Source: Octopus sinensis
Taxonomy: Eukaryota
Length of the DNA: 64,000 nucleotides
Reading direction: 5' to 3'
NCBI RefSeq assembly: GCF_006345805.1
Contig: NW_021834409.1
Span: forward strand, 1-64,000
Shown: positions 1-14,235 of the stretch, one piece after another
How the letters are laid out: each line of letters opens with the position of its first letter
Numbering within the stretch: position 1 is the stretch's first letter
Program-made: the position numbers and the translations under genes
The notes under the pieces: model-generated
Database searches by the model: none
What the model was told of the DNA's origin: nothing
The model's input: the letters and a program-made list of their open reading frames with translations, nothing else

Positions 1-667
1 CTGTTGTCTAAGTTCTCTCACCATTTAAGCACATCTCCCTCGTTTCTCTTTTTTTGTTATATGGTTCATATTCTCTTGTTTGTTAACATTCTCAGATCTC
101 TCTTTATAGGACATTCTTATGATTTTGTAAACGCGAATCAGTAATTTATATTAAATTTTCTACGTAAATTTATTTAGTGAAATTTATGTAAAGTATATTA
201 TCCAATCAAAGCCATTATACTTAATTGCCTCTATGTTTAAAGGAATTGAAACTTTAGCATAATCGAACTTGTCTGTTTCGGTAAGAAAATGATAATCAGC
301 TTCATCTTTGTAGTATTATAAGGAAAAAAATTAAAGCCTGTTAAATCAAGGAGATTTAAATATAGGCAAATTGAAATTTACATGACTAATTTAAATTTTA
401 TTTGCCTCTATCTTTTAAGAAATCTAAACAGTAGCATAATCGAATTTGTCAGTTTCGGCAGTTAAAAAGAATCAATTATGTAAATCTCTAATAATTTTTG
501 CTTTTTCCTTTTTAGTGGTTTTCAAAATCTGATAATTGCACAGTCTATTCATGGTCGATAACAATTAAAAAAATAAAATCGAAAAATTTCAAAAGTGAAG
601 AAACCAGATTAGAGGAATAAAATCAAAAAATATCTCAAAAATGATGAAATTTCAGATAAATTAATCA

Positions 668-1340
668 GTGCCTAAGAATTGCAATCTCCCTCCGTGTCGG
701 GCTGAAAATCTGCCAGACGCACAAATGCCGTTGTGGGGGAACTGTTGACGAGTACGGTTTGCATCCCCTCGCTTGCCGGCGGAGTGCCGGTCGTGCCCCC
801 CGTCACAATGAACTCAACTCAGTCATACAGAGAGCCCTCGCTTTAGCAGGCATCCCGTCAATCCTTGAACCTGTTGGATTGGATAGAGGGGATGGCAAAC
901 GCCCTGACGGCATGTCCACCTTCCCCTACGAGCAGGGGAAATCCCTTATTTGGGATTCTACCTGTTCGGACACGTTCTCGCTGGGAAATCTCGCTCTGTC
1001 CGCCGCCAATCCTGGGCACGCTTCCAGGCAGGCCGAGGAGCGAAAGATTCTCAAGTACGGCCACCTGTCCAACTCGCTGCTCTTTACTCCAATTGCCTTG
1101 GAGTCCTCCGGGATCTTCGGTCCCAAGACACTCCGCTTCCTTCGCTCGCTCGGTCGACGGATTTCAAGGACTAGTCACGATCCAAGAGAGTTTTCTTGGC
1201 TCCTGGAACGTCTGTCGATTGCTGTGATCCGAGGGAACGGCTTCGCCATTCGCGAGGCTGGTCGGGTGTCTCGTGAGGCCTTTAATTAACTTAGCTATCT
1301 TTAATTTCTTTCTTGTTTAACAAACTATTATTTAAAAAAA
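668..1340 (+). mobile_element. 5'-truncated CRE-like (RLE-type) non-LTR retrotransposon, 3' end
   Basis: ORF 759-1289 has the zinc-knuckle tail (HPLAC...RHNELN) and restriction-like endonuclease motifs (KRPDG...WDSTCSDT...ALESSG). Poly-A tail near 1334-1343. 10-bp TSD AAATTAATCA at 658-667 and 1341-1350. Confidence 0.88.
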
Positions 1341-1477
1341 AAATTAATCATTAAAAGAAACTGCATCACGAAATATTCCTTCTGAATCCAATTAAACAAA
1401 AAAATCAATACAAGTAGAATAAAAATAAAATTTATTTATATTAAAAAAGACAACTAAAAGTTTACAACGGGACATAA

Positions 1478-1560
1478 TTGAATCCAAAGACCGCACACTT
1501 GAGAATCACTGGTCCAAATGAAAGATTCCAGATGGATTTGATTAATCTGAAGAAGTATCA
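1478..1560 (+). mobile_element. Fragment of Ginger/gypsy-like integrase
   Basis: ITGPNERFQMDLINLK matches FASCPNERFQIDLIDLK of the integrase in the 38809-42783 element. Confidence 0.5.
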
Positions 1561-1589
1561 ATTTTTGGTATTTTTTATTAAAGATGAAG

Positions 1590-1760
1590 TCATTAAGAGG
1601 GCATTCGATTCCGCGGGATTCCCGTCTATCTTGGAACCGGTTAGTCTTTTTAGAGATAATGAAAAAATGTTCCGAAGGGATGACAGGTAAGGTAGGTCTC
1701 TCATTTGGCGCGTGAAATGTGTGATTTCCCTGTCAAAGACGTTGCTTTCCAGAACTGAAA
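1590..1760 (+). mobile_element. Degenerate CRE-like RLE fragment
   Basis: VIKRAFDSAGFPSILEPV, homologous to the other CRE 3' copies in the window. Confidence 0.65.
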
Positions 1761-2212
1761 TCCTCTCGCATAATATGGTCAAAGTTCAAATGGACTATGA
1801 AACCACAAAGAAGACACTTATGAAAAGAATGAAAAAATTAAATAACATCAATTGACTTGCGTCAGTAATACGATGATTATTTCAAGGTAAAAGTCAACAA
1901 GTTTGGAAAGAAACTCAGAAACATAGAGACTGGAAAAGACTTCATTAACAAAGATCCCGAAAAGAAACTCGGTACAGATGAAACAGGAAAGGAATCCAGA
2001 GAAAGATCAAGAGGTTTAACCTCCTGTCGAAATCGCCGAATGCTTAAAAACCCAAATAACGTTGCAGAAGTCCGGGTCCTTTAGTCAAAAAATTTCGGTT
2101 CGCAGACGAGTCAGCTGGATTCACCGTTTGGAACCTGAGATGCTGCAACAGGTCCTACTAGTGGGGAGCACACCAGCAACATAGCTCCTATAAAAATCAT
2201 TGCTGTGAATGA

Positions 2213-2243
2213 GGGTTGGGGTTAGTGTTACGGTTAGGGTTAG
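2213..2243 (+). repeat. Short degenerate interstitial TTAGGG-like tract
   Basis: gggttggggttagtgttacggttagggttag, about 5 imperfect units. Confidence 0.5.
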
Positions 2244-2399
2244 ACTACTTAAAGCATAAATACACCAAAGATAACAATGAAATCAACGTAAAAAAATTTA
2301 AAGGAAATTCAACTCAAATACTTCCTTGATATAATCGAAACGAAAAGTTTACATTCATCACTTTACAAATGCAACAAAAACAATCATTCCGATATTAAA

Positions 2400-2640
2400 G
2401 AATCCTCTTTGTGGTTGCAGAAAGGCAATATAAGCCCAAGGAGTGAGGGTCTATATTGCTTACTGCAAGATAAAAATCTGTTCTGGTCAGAACGAGATGT
2501 AAATTGTCCTTACTATAAACTGGCTAAGAAGTCATTCGACCACCTCGCTACACGATGCAACAGAATATTGAATTGTGAGTACACAAAGAGACACAATGAA
2601 GTCGTAAGATGCTTGCATCTCGACTTATGTCGCCTCCTCG
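2400..2640 (+). mobile_element. R4-like non-LTR retrotransposon zinc-knuckle fragment
   Basis: SEGLYCLLQDKNLF...DHLATRC...YTKRHNEVVRCLHL, homologous to 53445-53678. Confidence 0.8.
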
Positions 2641-3259
2641 GCACGAAACTTTTCCGGTTTAAAGCGTATGGTATTATTGTAATCATAAACAATATCGGCC
2701 AAAATATCCACGAAAGACACTTGCTGAAGATATCCCCCCTTTTATGCTTTGGTTGAACCTTTAAAAATTAAAGTCAACTGGTAACCTCTCTACTTGACCT
2801 ATTACGCAATGCTCAATTAAATATTTTTCACAGACTTCGTAGATTAAAGAATTACAGAATTATTTACCATTGTCTGTTTGGAGGATGATTAGTGGTCCGA
2901 TATAATAAAAAACATTTTGGAAATGATTAGCTACATTATTACCGCTAATTTCAACTTTGATAATTCGACTACATATTTTGAAAAGGAATCAACTATTACA
3001 AAAATCTTTAAATTAATAATTTCATCCAAAATACCCAAGAGAATTTATCGTTAAATTCAGAATATCTGCAAAGATCAATGAGATCTGCGAGACATCTAGC
3101 CCTAAGTGCGATGATTAGCGTTATTTCCGGCTTAGTCGCCATTAATTTTTTAGTCTAGCATTATAGAATTAAAATTTACCTGGCAATAAACACATTAATT
3201 AATTACTCCTGCAATTTTATCAGCCACAATACTTTGTCTTTAACTTGTTGAACAGTCAA

Positions 3260-3565
3260 GACAAAATTCTTGTACTTTTGACTTTGCGGGGCTTCCGCCA
3301 AAGCAACGGCCGAGCTGGAAGAATATGCAGATGACAGTATGGCGGATGGGGACCACGTGTCTAAACACGTGGCATCCCAGATGAGGTAATTGCCATTCCG
3401 GAATGGGGAGGTAGTCACCCCATTCGGCCGTTTGCCGTCTCCTCTGTTCAATCCGGCGGATATTAGCACATTGGGGAAGCCAGCAGCATTGAATGCTTTT
3501 GAGATTACGTCGTTGATTGCTCCGTAGCGAGGCTAGCGGCCTGCCCTCCGGCGGCAGGAGAGGGG
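3260..3565 (-). mobile_element. CRE-like RLE fragment
   Basis: GLNRGDGKRPNGVTTSPFRNGNYLIWDATCLDT. Confidence 0.82.
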
Positions 3566-3870
3566 ACAGATTATTATTTATACATTAAAAAAAATATTTA
3601 ATTATATTATAATGAAAAATTCGTTTTAGTATACTTAATTTAATTTTAACTGCATAATGTATTTTGTTGTTGTTTTAATTTTTTAGTCAAATTATATTTT
3701 TTACATTAATAGTTAATATTTGTATTAAAATTGGTTAAATATATTGTTGAATTACATAATTTCGTATAATATTCGACATTTTGTAATTAATTTGGTGATA
3801 TTTCGACAATAATTTAATCTTTTCGGTTGAGTTAGTGACGCAACTCTATTGCACAAAGTCTTAATCACAT

Positions 3871-6850
3871 ATGAGGCTACAAAGAGATTTTACTTTGCTA
3901 TCATTCAATGTCAGAGGACTATCTGACCTATCCAAGCGAAAAATCCTATGCCGGGATCTGAATGCATATGGTGCAACTATCGGATGCTTTCAAGAAACGA
4001 AGGTCAAAGGCGGGCTAGATGAGATACACAACGAGTATCGAATCATTCTCCTTCCATCAGAATCACGTCATTATGGGCAGGGGTTTGGCATTCATAAGAC
4101 CTTTTGGAATTCAATTCACAAATACTACCGTGTGTGAACGACCGCATATGTGTACTACAACTGAGACAAAAAACTTTGACCAACACGGATCGAATAATCA
4201 GCATTATAAATGTCTACGCCCCACAAAGTGGAAGACTGAAGAAGAACGTGGATGAACTAGACTCTTTCTATCACATGCTATCAAAGACCTACACGAGTAT
4301 AAAAACATCCTTCCTTATACTAATTGCCGGTGATTGGAATGCTAAGGCAGGCAAAGGCCGTGGTGAAGAAGTGTTCATGGGCAGACATGGACGGGGGATA
4401 AGAAATGCACCAGGTGAAATGCTTGTGAACTTCTGCAGCATATTCAAGCTACTGCTATGCAATACGGTCTTTCCTCATGCGGCACGTCATAAAACCACGT
4501 GGACCGGGACTAGAAGAAACAAAAATGGGGAGTACGTCAACATCTATAATCAAATCGATTATATCATCTGTAGACAAGAAGAAAAACATCGATTGCTGGA
4601 TGCCAGGTCATATGGCGGGGCACTTACACTGAGCGATCACAAAGTCATTGTGGCACGATTGAGACTGAAAAGAATTTTTGGATCGCCTCTTTCAAAAGAA
4701 AATGAATCAAACCGAATTAGATACTCAGTGGAAAAACTGATTACATCAGATGTTACCAAGGAAAAATACTCCCAGGCAATCATCGAAAACCTAAAAGTAA
4801 CAGAAACGGTAAAAGACCCAAACAAAAGCTGGGATATATTAGAAAAACTTATTCACAAAGCTGCAACGGAAACCATTGAACGACTGCATTCAGAAACCAC
4901 TCAAACCCATTGAATCCAAATGTTGCCGAAATGGCAACAAAACAAAAAGCCATCCAACTGAAAATTGAAAACACCAACGACAAGGAGGCAAAGGAAAAAC
5001 TCAAAAGAGAACGTAGGAAAATATCGAGAACAATCAAGAAGGAAAATCTTAAATACGTGAAAGCTTTATTAAACTCTCGAATATCAGAAGTTGAAGACTT
5101 AAAGGATGGTGCGCAAATGTACGCAGCCATCAGACTACTACGCCGACGACAACAGAAAACAAAACTGGTTGTGCACGATGAACATGGGAAAACAATTGGA
5201 AACCCAATCGAAATGGTAAATACAATCGCCGACCACTTCGAAATACTATTCAATGGCAGGGCCGATGCTCTCGATGAGGGTGAAGAACGTTATCTAAACA
5301 ACAAAATAACACACCTTGAAGTTTTGAAGGCTATAAAAAAATTAAAAAACAACCGTGCGGCGGGTCCAGACAACATCAACGGTGAATTGATAAAGTACTC
5401 CCCAATGGAGATCTCAACTATAATCACAAATCTCCTGAACGAGATGTTCCATGGAAATACCATACCGCCTATTGGGAAAGGAACGCTAATTCCTCTCCAA
5501 AAACCCAACAAGCCGCAAGGTCCTCTTAACAACATTCGCCCAATCATACTCTTGAACACAATAAGGAAAATCTTTCGCTCGTAACACTGGAACGTATTAA
5601 GGACCCTGTTAATGAATATCTGTCGGCTAGCCAAAGTGGATTCAGGCCTGGGCGATCAACTGCAGATGTAGTATGGGGACATAGATGGATCTGTGCCATA
5701 TCTCAGAAATTTAAAATGGCGACCACAATATTGGGCATTGATATGAGCAGGGCATTTGATACAATCCGCAGAGACAAGCTAATGGAGATCCTCAAAACCA
5801 TTCTTGACAATGACTCGATCAGAATGGTTCGAGCACTACTTATAGACACCGAGTTAACGGTGAAGATCGGACCCGTACAATCAAGATCTTTCAAAACAAG
5901 CATTGGAACGCCCCAAGGTGATTCAATATCACCTGTACTATTCATTGTCTATCTTGAAGCGGCACTAAGAGATCTGAGAAAACTAGTGAAGACTACTTCA
6001 ATAACTGAAGTGATATATGCCGACGATGTAGACTTTTTGTCTCATGATAAGTCGACACTCGAAGAACTGCTGAACATTGCTCCTCATGCACTGGAAAAAT
6101 GGTTCTTAAAAGTGAACATAGAAAAAACCGAATATGTAACAATCAACCGGGAGGCAAATAGAACAGACGAAAAATGGCGAAACTCGAAAAAAGTTGGAAC
6201 TCTTTTAGGAGATAGTGAAGACATTATGAGGAGAAAGATGCTATCGACTGTTGCACTTAACAAACTGCGGACCACTTGGCTACGAAACCGCGAGGTTGGA
6301 ACGGCCTTACGTGCCAAATTATACAATGCTTTTATTAAACCCATACTTTTGTACAACGGAGGAACATGGGGAATATCTGAGTCTGAATCAAAATCTCTTG
6401 ATGCATTCCATAGAAGACAGTTAAGAATTCTTATTGGCATCAACTGGCCAAAGAAAATCAAGAACTCCACCCTATACAATATCTGCAACAGCAGACCCGT
6501 CAGTGTGGACATTACCGAAGCACGTTGGCGCCTATTGGGCCACATTCTAAGACTCGACCAGGATGTCTATGCTAACTGGGCAATGGAATCATATTACGCA
6601 AAGGACGAAAGATCTGCGTCCCGAGGACGCCCACGAAATACATTACCTATTGTAATCTCAAAAGAACTACAACGCGTTAAAAGACAACTGAAAAATGGAG
6701 ACGACCTAGATACTCTCAGGAGTATAGCATACAACCGCACATCATGGAAAATTATGACCGAAAAGATAGTCTCATATGTGGCACATGTGGGAACTTAATT
6801 AGTTTAAATACATTATGTTCCTATGACAGTGCTAATAATAATAATAATTT
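3871..6850 (+). mobile_element. Near full-length RTE-like LINE (APE endonuclease + RT), disrupted
   Basis: APE motifs (SFNVRG, FQET, GDWNAK, QIDYI, SDH) and RT motifs (IDMSRAFD, TPQGDSISP, YADD) across ORFs 3871-6798, broken by stops and frameshifts. (TAA)n tail near 6833-6850. Confidence 0.9.
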
Positions 6851-7197
6851 AATCTTTTTGTCATCTTAACCATTTAATACTTTTTGGATATTATTTTTAT
6901 TTCATTTAAATCATTCAAATTATCGCTATCTCAACATAAATCAAACATTTTTATATTTCGGATTCCCTTACTACAGACGACGTAGCGTATTATGAGCTTC
7001 TTATTTATTCTGTTATATTTTTGAAATTATTAAATAATTAGTATGTACCTTAATTCATGTGAATTGAATGGGGACAATCGAAGATTTCTAATAAATATTT
7101 ACGTTCAAATTCTTGCTACAAATTACTTATTCTATTATTGGGTAAATTCTATTATTTGCCGATTTTTGAAATAAAAAGTTTTATTTCAGATAATGTA

Positions 7198-8715
7198 CAG
7201 TACCGCTCAAATGTTCGGACCACCCTATTTTTCTCAATTTCCAAGTCAATCCTAAATTATTTTATACGGTTCTTTAGAGAAACTTATTAGATAAGCTTAA
7301 ACACATTTATTCTATTTTAAAAACTTGGACAGATATTCATGTTTGGCGCAATTTTAAAATTATCGATTTTATACTCGATCATATGTTCCGGACCAGTTTA
7401 AAAAAAACCGAAAATTTATTAAACTTATAAAAAGTTAATAATTAATATTTCCTCCGTTGTTCGTTATAACAGCATTTATTCGCTCTGGAAGTGAATTGTA
7501 TAATTTTTCAATGTACGAATTATCAATCTCGTACCAAATTTTTTTGGTCAAATTCCAGAGCTCTGGAAGATCTTTTGGTTCCAGATCATAAAGTTTTTGT
7601 TTTAGTACCGACCACATATTTTCAATAATATTCAGTTCGGGTGACTGGCTCGGCCAAGTTTCTAAGATTTTTATTTGTTTCCTTTGAAAAAAATTCATTG
7701 TCGACATGGACCGATGGGAAGGAGCGCCGTCTTGCTGGAGATACATGGTCTCATCATAAAAATTTTCGAGTCCAACATTTATAATTCTCTGATACTCTGC
7801 GGAATCAACATTTTTAATGCATAAGACAATGTTTCTCCATCCATTTGCAGCAATAGCTCCCCAGACCATAATGCTAGGAGAAAATTTTCGTGTTTTTAAA
7901 CAATATTTTGAGTCAAATCTAGAGTTTGGTGGCCTTCTAACATAATTTTTTGTGTTTGAATGCAAATTTATTTTGCATTCATCACTAAAAATAATTTTAC
8001 CCCAATCATTTTGGCTCCAAGTTAATTTCTCAATGCACCAATTTTTTCTAGCCTTTTTATGGCATATGGAAAGACTTGGTTTTGGGCATTGCTTTCGCCC
8101 ATTCAAATTATTTCTTTGTAGGCATCTTTTAATTGTATTTGTGCTTACAATAGAATTTAATTCATATCAAATTTAATTTGATTTGCCGTTTTTGTGGGGT
8201 CTGCTTTCGAAATTCTCACTAATTTGCGTTCAGATCTTGGGGATAACAATCTCGGTCGACCAGATTTGGGTCTGTCGGAATATAGTCCAACGGATGAATA
8301 TCTGGAAATTGTTCTTTGAACAGCAGTTTTGGATATTTTTAATTTTTCGGCAATTTCTCTTTGTGAAGCTCCATCTTTAAAAAAAGTGATGATAGCGACC
8401 CGATCAACCAGTGAAACACGCGGCATTTGTTATTTATTAGTCTTTTGTTTTTAATTGAATCAAAAATTATTTAAATTTAAAGAGATTTAACTGGTTCGAA
8501 ACATATGATTGCAACTGGTCCGGAACATATGATCGAGTCAAAAATCAATTATATTCAATTGGCGCCAAACAAAAATATTTAAAGAAAATTTTAGAATAGA
8601 ATAAATGTATTTAAGCTTATCTAATAAGTTTCTCTAAAGAACCGTATAAAAATAATTTAGGATTGACTTGGAAATTGAGAAAAATAGGGTGGTCCGAAAC
8701 ATTTGAGCGGTACTG
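7198..8715 (-). mobile_element. Complete Tc1-family transposon with long TIRs
   Basis: TA target duplication (7196-97, 8716-17). TIRs start CAGTACCGCTCAAATG, near-perfect for over 120 bp and extending to about 200 bp with internal direct repeats. Transposase 8426->7435 is split by a 1-bp deletion near 8158; motifs FSDECK, QQDGAPSH, SPELNIIE. Confidence 0.95.
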
Positions 8716-9269
8716 TATAACTCAAAACAAGAGATATTAATAGTTATTCCTTTTTCGTCATTTGTGGTGCTTTATTCCATCAACACCACTCTTAGGCTGA
8801 CGTCAGTGCACGGATATGCAGATTCATGTCAACGCGCAGTCTTTAGCATTTTTACGTCAATTATGAACTTGAAATTTGTCAACTACAAACTTCTAAGTGC
8901 AATTGAAAATTTCAAATTTACAATTTTGAAATTAAAGTTTGCATCTTATCAAAATTTTGTATATAATAATTGTAATCATATTATGGGAAACAGAACAAAT
9001 CTTATTTGTTAAATCATAAAGGTCCTCACCACGAGTAACTCGGGGATCATACCTTTCAACCCGGTTAACAAATCGCATTAATATTTGTGGTGTGAAAACC
9101 TTTTTTGAGTCTCCTGCAATTTGTTCCAATATTCTTAGCCTATATTCTGAAATTGGAATAATTTCTAATGAAATTAAATAATCTAAATTCTGACGATGAA
9201 TGTCAATAAGAATTAATAGAACTAAAAACCACGAAAAACTCAAAATAAAATTTGAAATGTCCAATAAAA

Positions 9270-10668
9270 TTAATTTGTACAGGGATTATGGCTTCAACCG
9301 ACAAAATCCAAACTGTACAGGCAGTTCTTCCTTTCATTTTAAAGCCAAACTACTGAGGGCGTCGTTATTTCGATCTTCAATTCACAAATTTTTCAAAATT
9401 CGTGAAATAATATTTCGCTGCTTTAACCCAACTTCCTCATCTGCATAAATTAAAAAAAAGAATACCTAGTTATTACGACATCAGGTGGGTATCCAACATC
9501 CTTGAACAAATTACGACATTTTCGGTTTTTTACTGTGGCAGCTTTAATGCTTGCAATTAAGCCATCTATTTCCGGATATGCAGACTTTATACGTAAAACC
9601 GTATTGTGTAACAAATGAGAAACATAAGTCAAATGATGCATGTAGTTATACATGACCATTAAAGTTTTATCGCCTATTTATTTAGATACTTTTATATCAC
9701 TAGAAATCATATAAGGAGCGGCATTGAGATTAACAGATAAAAATTGTCACGAATAATCTTCATTTCTCTAATGACGTCATCTATTATTTGGCAGATGATA
9801 GCAGCATTGGCATGATTTTCCAGTGGTATGCATTCAACCAAATAGGATTTTGTTGGAAAGCGAATGCTTCCAATTAGAATCACTACAAAACTTTTCCTTC
9901 GGATATCTGTTTCATCAATTATTATAAAAATCTTTTCGTTTCTAAAAGTTAAAAAATAAACTTTAATACGTTAATCATTTTCCAACTCATTTATCTTTTT
10001 TGTGCAAGAAATTTAACCGTAGTTCTGCATGAAAATTCGGACGGAGTGTTAATGTTAAATGTTTTAAACATTTTTTTGATCGAATCATTTTTTATTTGTA
10101 TAGCGGGATGTTTGCTTATACAAAAGCTTCCGTGATCGTTTCTTTAACCGAATCTACTTTGATTGATTCAGTTAATGTTGTTTGAACTGATTCACATGAA
10201 TGACCTACAATTGTATTACATTTATACGCATATTGTTCTGATGTTTTAAAGAAGAACGATGAGAATTGACTGAAAATTTTTTTGCACAGTTGACTTTGGA
10301 TAAACAAAGAGAACAGAATAAAAGGCCATCTTTAGCAATACAGAACTCATCTTTGAATTCTGAGACTATACGCTTGGCTTTCTTAAGCAACGAACACTTG
10401 GGTTTTGGCATCACTCAAAATACTAAATAGCGTGCTAATTATTTTATTTAAATTAATTATTATCAATTTATGGGTGGCATTAAAAAAAATTTAAATGCAA
10501 TTTAAATTAGCATTAAAAAAAATTAGCAGTTAAAATTAAAAATAGCATTTATAGCATTTATAATGTATGTTTTTTTTAACAAAATTAAAAAATAATTATT
10601 CCAAATTCAATTTTATATTAAATAAATATAAAAAGTAAAAATAGCATTTTAGCACTTAAATTGCCCTA
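9270..10668 (-). mobile_element. Degenerate hAT-like transposon with CGGBP1-type N-terminal zinc finger
   Basis: Terminus TAGGGC at 10668. Zinc finger LFCSLC...HRSSLKH. Catalytic-region piece HLLHN...PPDVVITR|*GSWVKAA, with a 25-nt GT-AG intron at 9441-9465 and TGA at the conserved Trp. Confidence 0.72.
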
Positions 10669-11149
10669 GATATTAAGAAATGACACAAATATTAACATTC
10701 TTTCTTCTACCACTAATATTCAATTGTGTAATTAATTTAGCCATTTCCGTTATTAAATTCTTTGTCCGTCAATTCGATTTTTTCCAAAGTACAATTTTTT
10801 GCCTAAATTTTTATTCAAACCTTCCTACGCATTAAGTTAGCGACTTGGTCCAAGATACCCGAACATAGTGTATTCCAAAGGAACTTCATCATCAGTATTT
10901 AAAACCACCAGAGGACCAAGGCTATGTGCCGACTGAGTAATTCTTATATTATTTATACAAGCTTGCAATGAGTCAAATGTGGGGACAACGTGATATGCTG
11001 AGATATCAGGAAATGACACAAATATGACCATTCTTTGTGTATTATTAATATTCATCATCCTAATTAATTAAAATATTTATATTCTCAACTAAGAAATTAT
11101 CTCCCGAATAGTGAGGTGTTCCTTCGAGGCGAGTGATCTCGTCAGTAAG

Positions 11150-12374
<1,225 letters not shown>

Positions 12375-12489
12375 AAAAATTCTATAAATGTATTAGGAGT
12401 ATTTAATACCTGCAAAATATGCACCCATGAAGTGACGTCCCCCTTTGTCTCTTATTGCGCCATTTTGCGCACCCCCACATTCTATATTT

Positions 12490-13335
12490 TCATAATTATT
12501 ATCTGAACCTCTCAACATTCTGTGCACCTGTGCTCGGATCTACAAAATTTCGTCTGCAAATTTATAAACGAATTATGGCCAACTGTAAGGTGCACATAAG
12601 CAAGAGAATTGAGATCTGGCGTTGAATAACCTATCAGCAAGAATAAAGTAGAATTACCCTTCCATTTGTCAGTGTGTATCACTGATCCCGGTGCGATATT
12701 TTCCTGTATTGCAGCGGTTAGAGTTCTTTTGGAGCGATCTGGAACCATCTTGATGAAACAGTCTTTACTTCCACGACAGATTCCCCCAAACACCCATTGT
12801 TGAGGGAGAATCTGCATTGTTTTTCCGTTTAGAAAACATGCATTCGTCAACTTGGACAACTTTGCCAATACCACCTAACAATCTAACACTAATACCAATC
12901 AGTGTGTTCGGACGATTTGCTAAATAATATGCGCAAACCTGGGAGTGAGACCAAGTACGAATTGTATGGCTGCTCCATTCCAGTTGACGCCGACACCATA
13001 AAATACTGTGTCTGTCGAAACTCCACATGTACATAAAGCGAATACATGACTGTAAGGTTACTGTCGTGCCTTCGAGCCACGTACCTAAAAATAAAGTACT
13101 CTCTTATACCGTTTCTAATAGAACTATATGTTCGACACCCACTTTTATAGCACACCCATGTTGTATTCTCCTGCTGTTGAAGAAGGGTCATAAAATGTCT
13201 GTTTTGACATTTTTTTTCTTTGGGAAAGATTCCAACCTCTGGAAGGAAGGCAACTGACTCCATTTCTGTACGGGGAAGTTTATAATCCTTCAGTTTTCCA
13301 AATTTTCGCATGACAACTGTATCATTCATCTCCAC
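12490..13335 (-). mobile_element. Merlin (IS1595/ISXO2-like) transposase with three micro-introns
   Basis: VVQVDECMFSKRK, QWVFGGICR, VIHTDKWKG|Y, H...NFVDP. GT-AG introns at 13085-13109 (25 nt), 12875-12895 (21 nt) and 12631-12657 (27 nt) restore the frame locally. Small deletion near 12805. TIRs not found. Confidence 0.85.
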
Positions 13336-13439
13336 AAGCCGGTAAAAAATTCAAATTTTTTAAAAAAAAATTAGAATAAAATTTACATAATCGGCATAGT
13401 TCAATTTTTTAAATTTTCGATCTAATATTCATAAAAATT

Positions 13440-14234
13440 TTCATTAATTCATTTAGAGGCTATTTTCGTGCAGGATGAAATGCAACAGTACCAAATGAAC
13501 ATTTGCATTCGTCGCTGAATATAAAGTGATTCCAATAAGTAGATGGTAGCATATTCCATCTTTGACAGATTTCCATTCTTCGTTCTTTGTGTTTTTTAGT
13601 AAGATGTGGTCTTTTAGTAGGCGGAAATGCTTTGAAACCTCTTTGTTTTAGTGTATTTCTGATTGTTTCAGGTGTTACATTTTTCCCATTTTCTTCTTTC
13701 AGTGCCTTCGCATATTTTACGCAATTAAAATTTGGATCTTCAATCCTTTCCTTATTAATTTTTTTAAAATCTTCTTCATTTAGGAGCCGGGGACAACCAG
13801 AACCATATTTTCTTGTGCATGGAATATTTTGTTTATATTTTCGAATTGTTTTCGATATGGTATCAAGTGATCTTTTAGTTATACGTTGTATTTCGCGATA
13901 CGTCTTTCCGCATTTGTAAATACCTATAATTGTTCCCTTTTCTTCAAAACTCAATTGTCTGGCCATAATAAGTTATTATAGCGTGCAAAATATTAATAAT
14001 TTGTAAAAAAATCATATATTTAATAACATTTACAAATAAAAAATTTTGTTCGTTTTTTATTTTGGTTCAGATTATACTTTTGCCGTAAAAAGGCGGTAAA
14101 TATATTTTTTTGCACAAATAAAAATATTAGTTATTGTTTATATATTGTTAAAATTCTATTTAGATATTTTTTTTGATTCGTTTCTTGGAAATTTTAGGAA
14201 AAATGTAGTGTTCGTTTTTTATTTTGGTTTACTG
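13440..14234 (-). mobile_element. 5' half of a Tc1-family transposon
   Basis: ORF 13460-13966: HTH region, GCPRLL, FSDECK. Terminus CAGTAAACC at 14234 next to TA. Confidence 0.85.
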
Positions 14235-14235
14235 T

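Noticed and set aside
3820-3870. Self-cleaving ribozyme in LINE 5' UTRs (also near 50830-50930)
   Set aside because: No HDV-like or hammerhead core could be folded by eye. A covariance-model search would be needed.
4849-6545. Long antisense ORFs over LINE RT regions (also at 40518, 43968, 61875)
   Set aside because: Shadow frames of retrotransposon coding sequence with no independent motifs.
9425-9445. TGA read as Trp (alternative genetic code)
   Set aside because: A single case in a decayed transposase. EME1 and SLC35B2 use TGG for Trp and end at standard stops.
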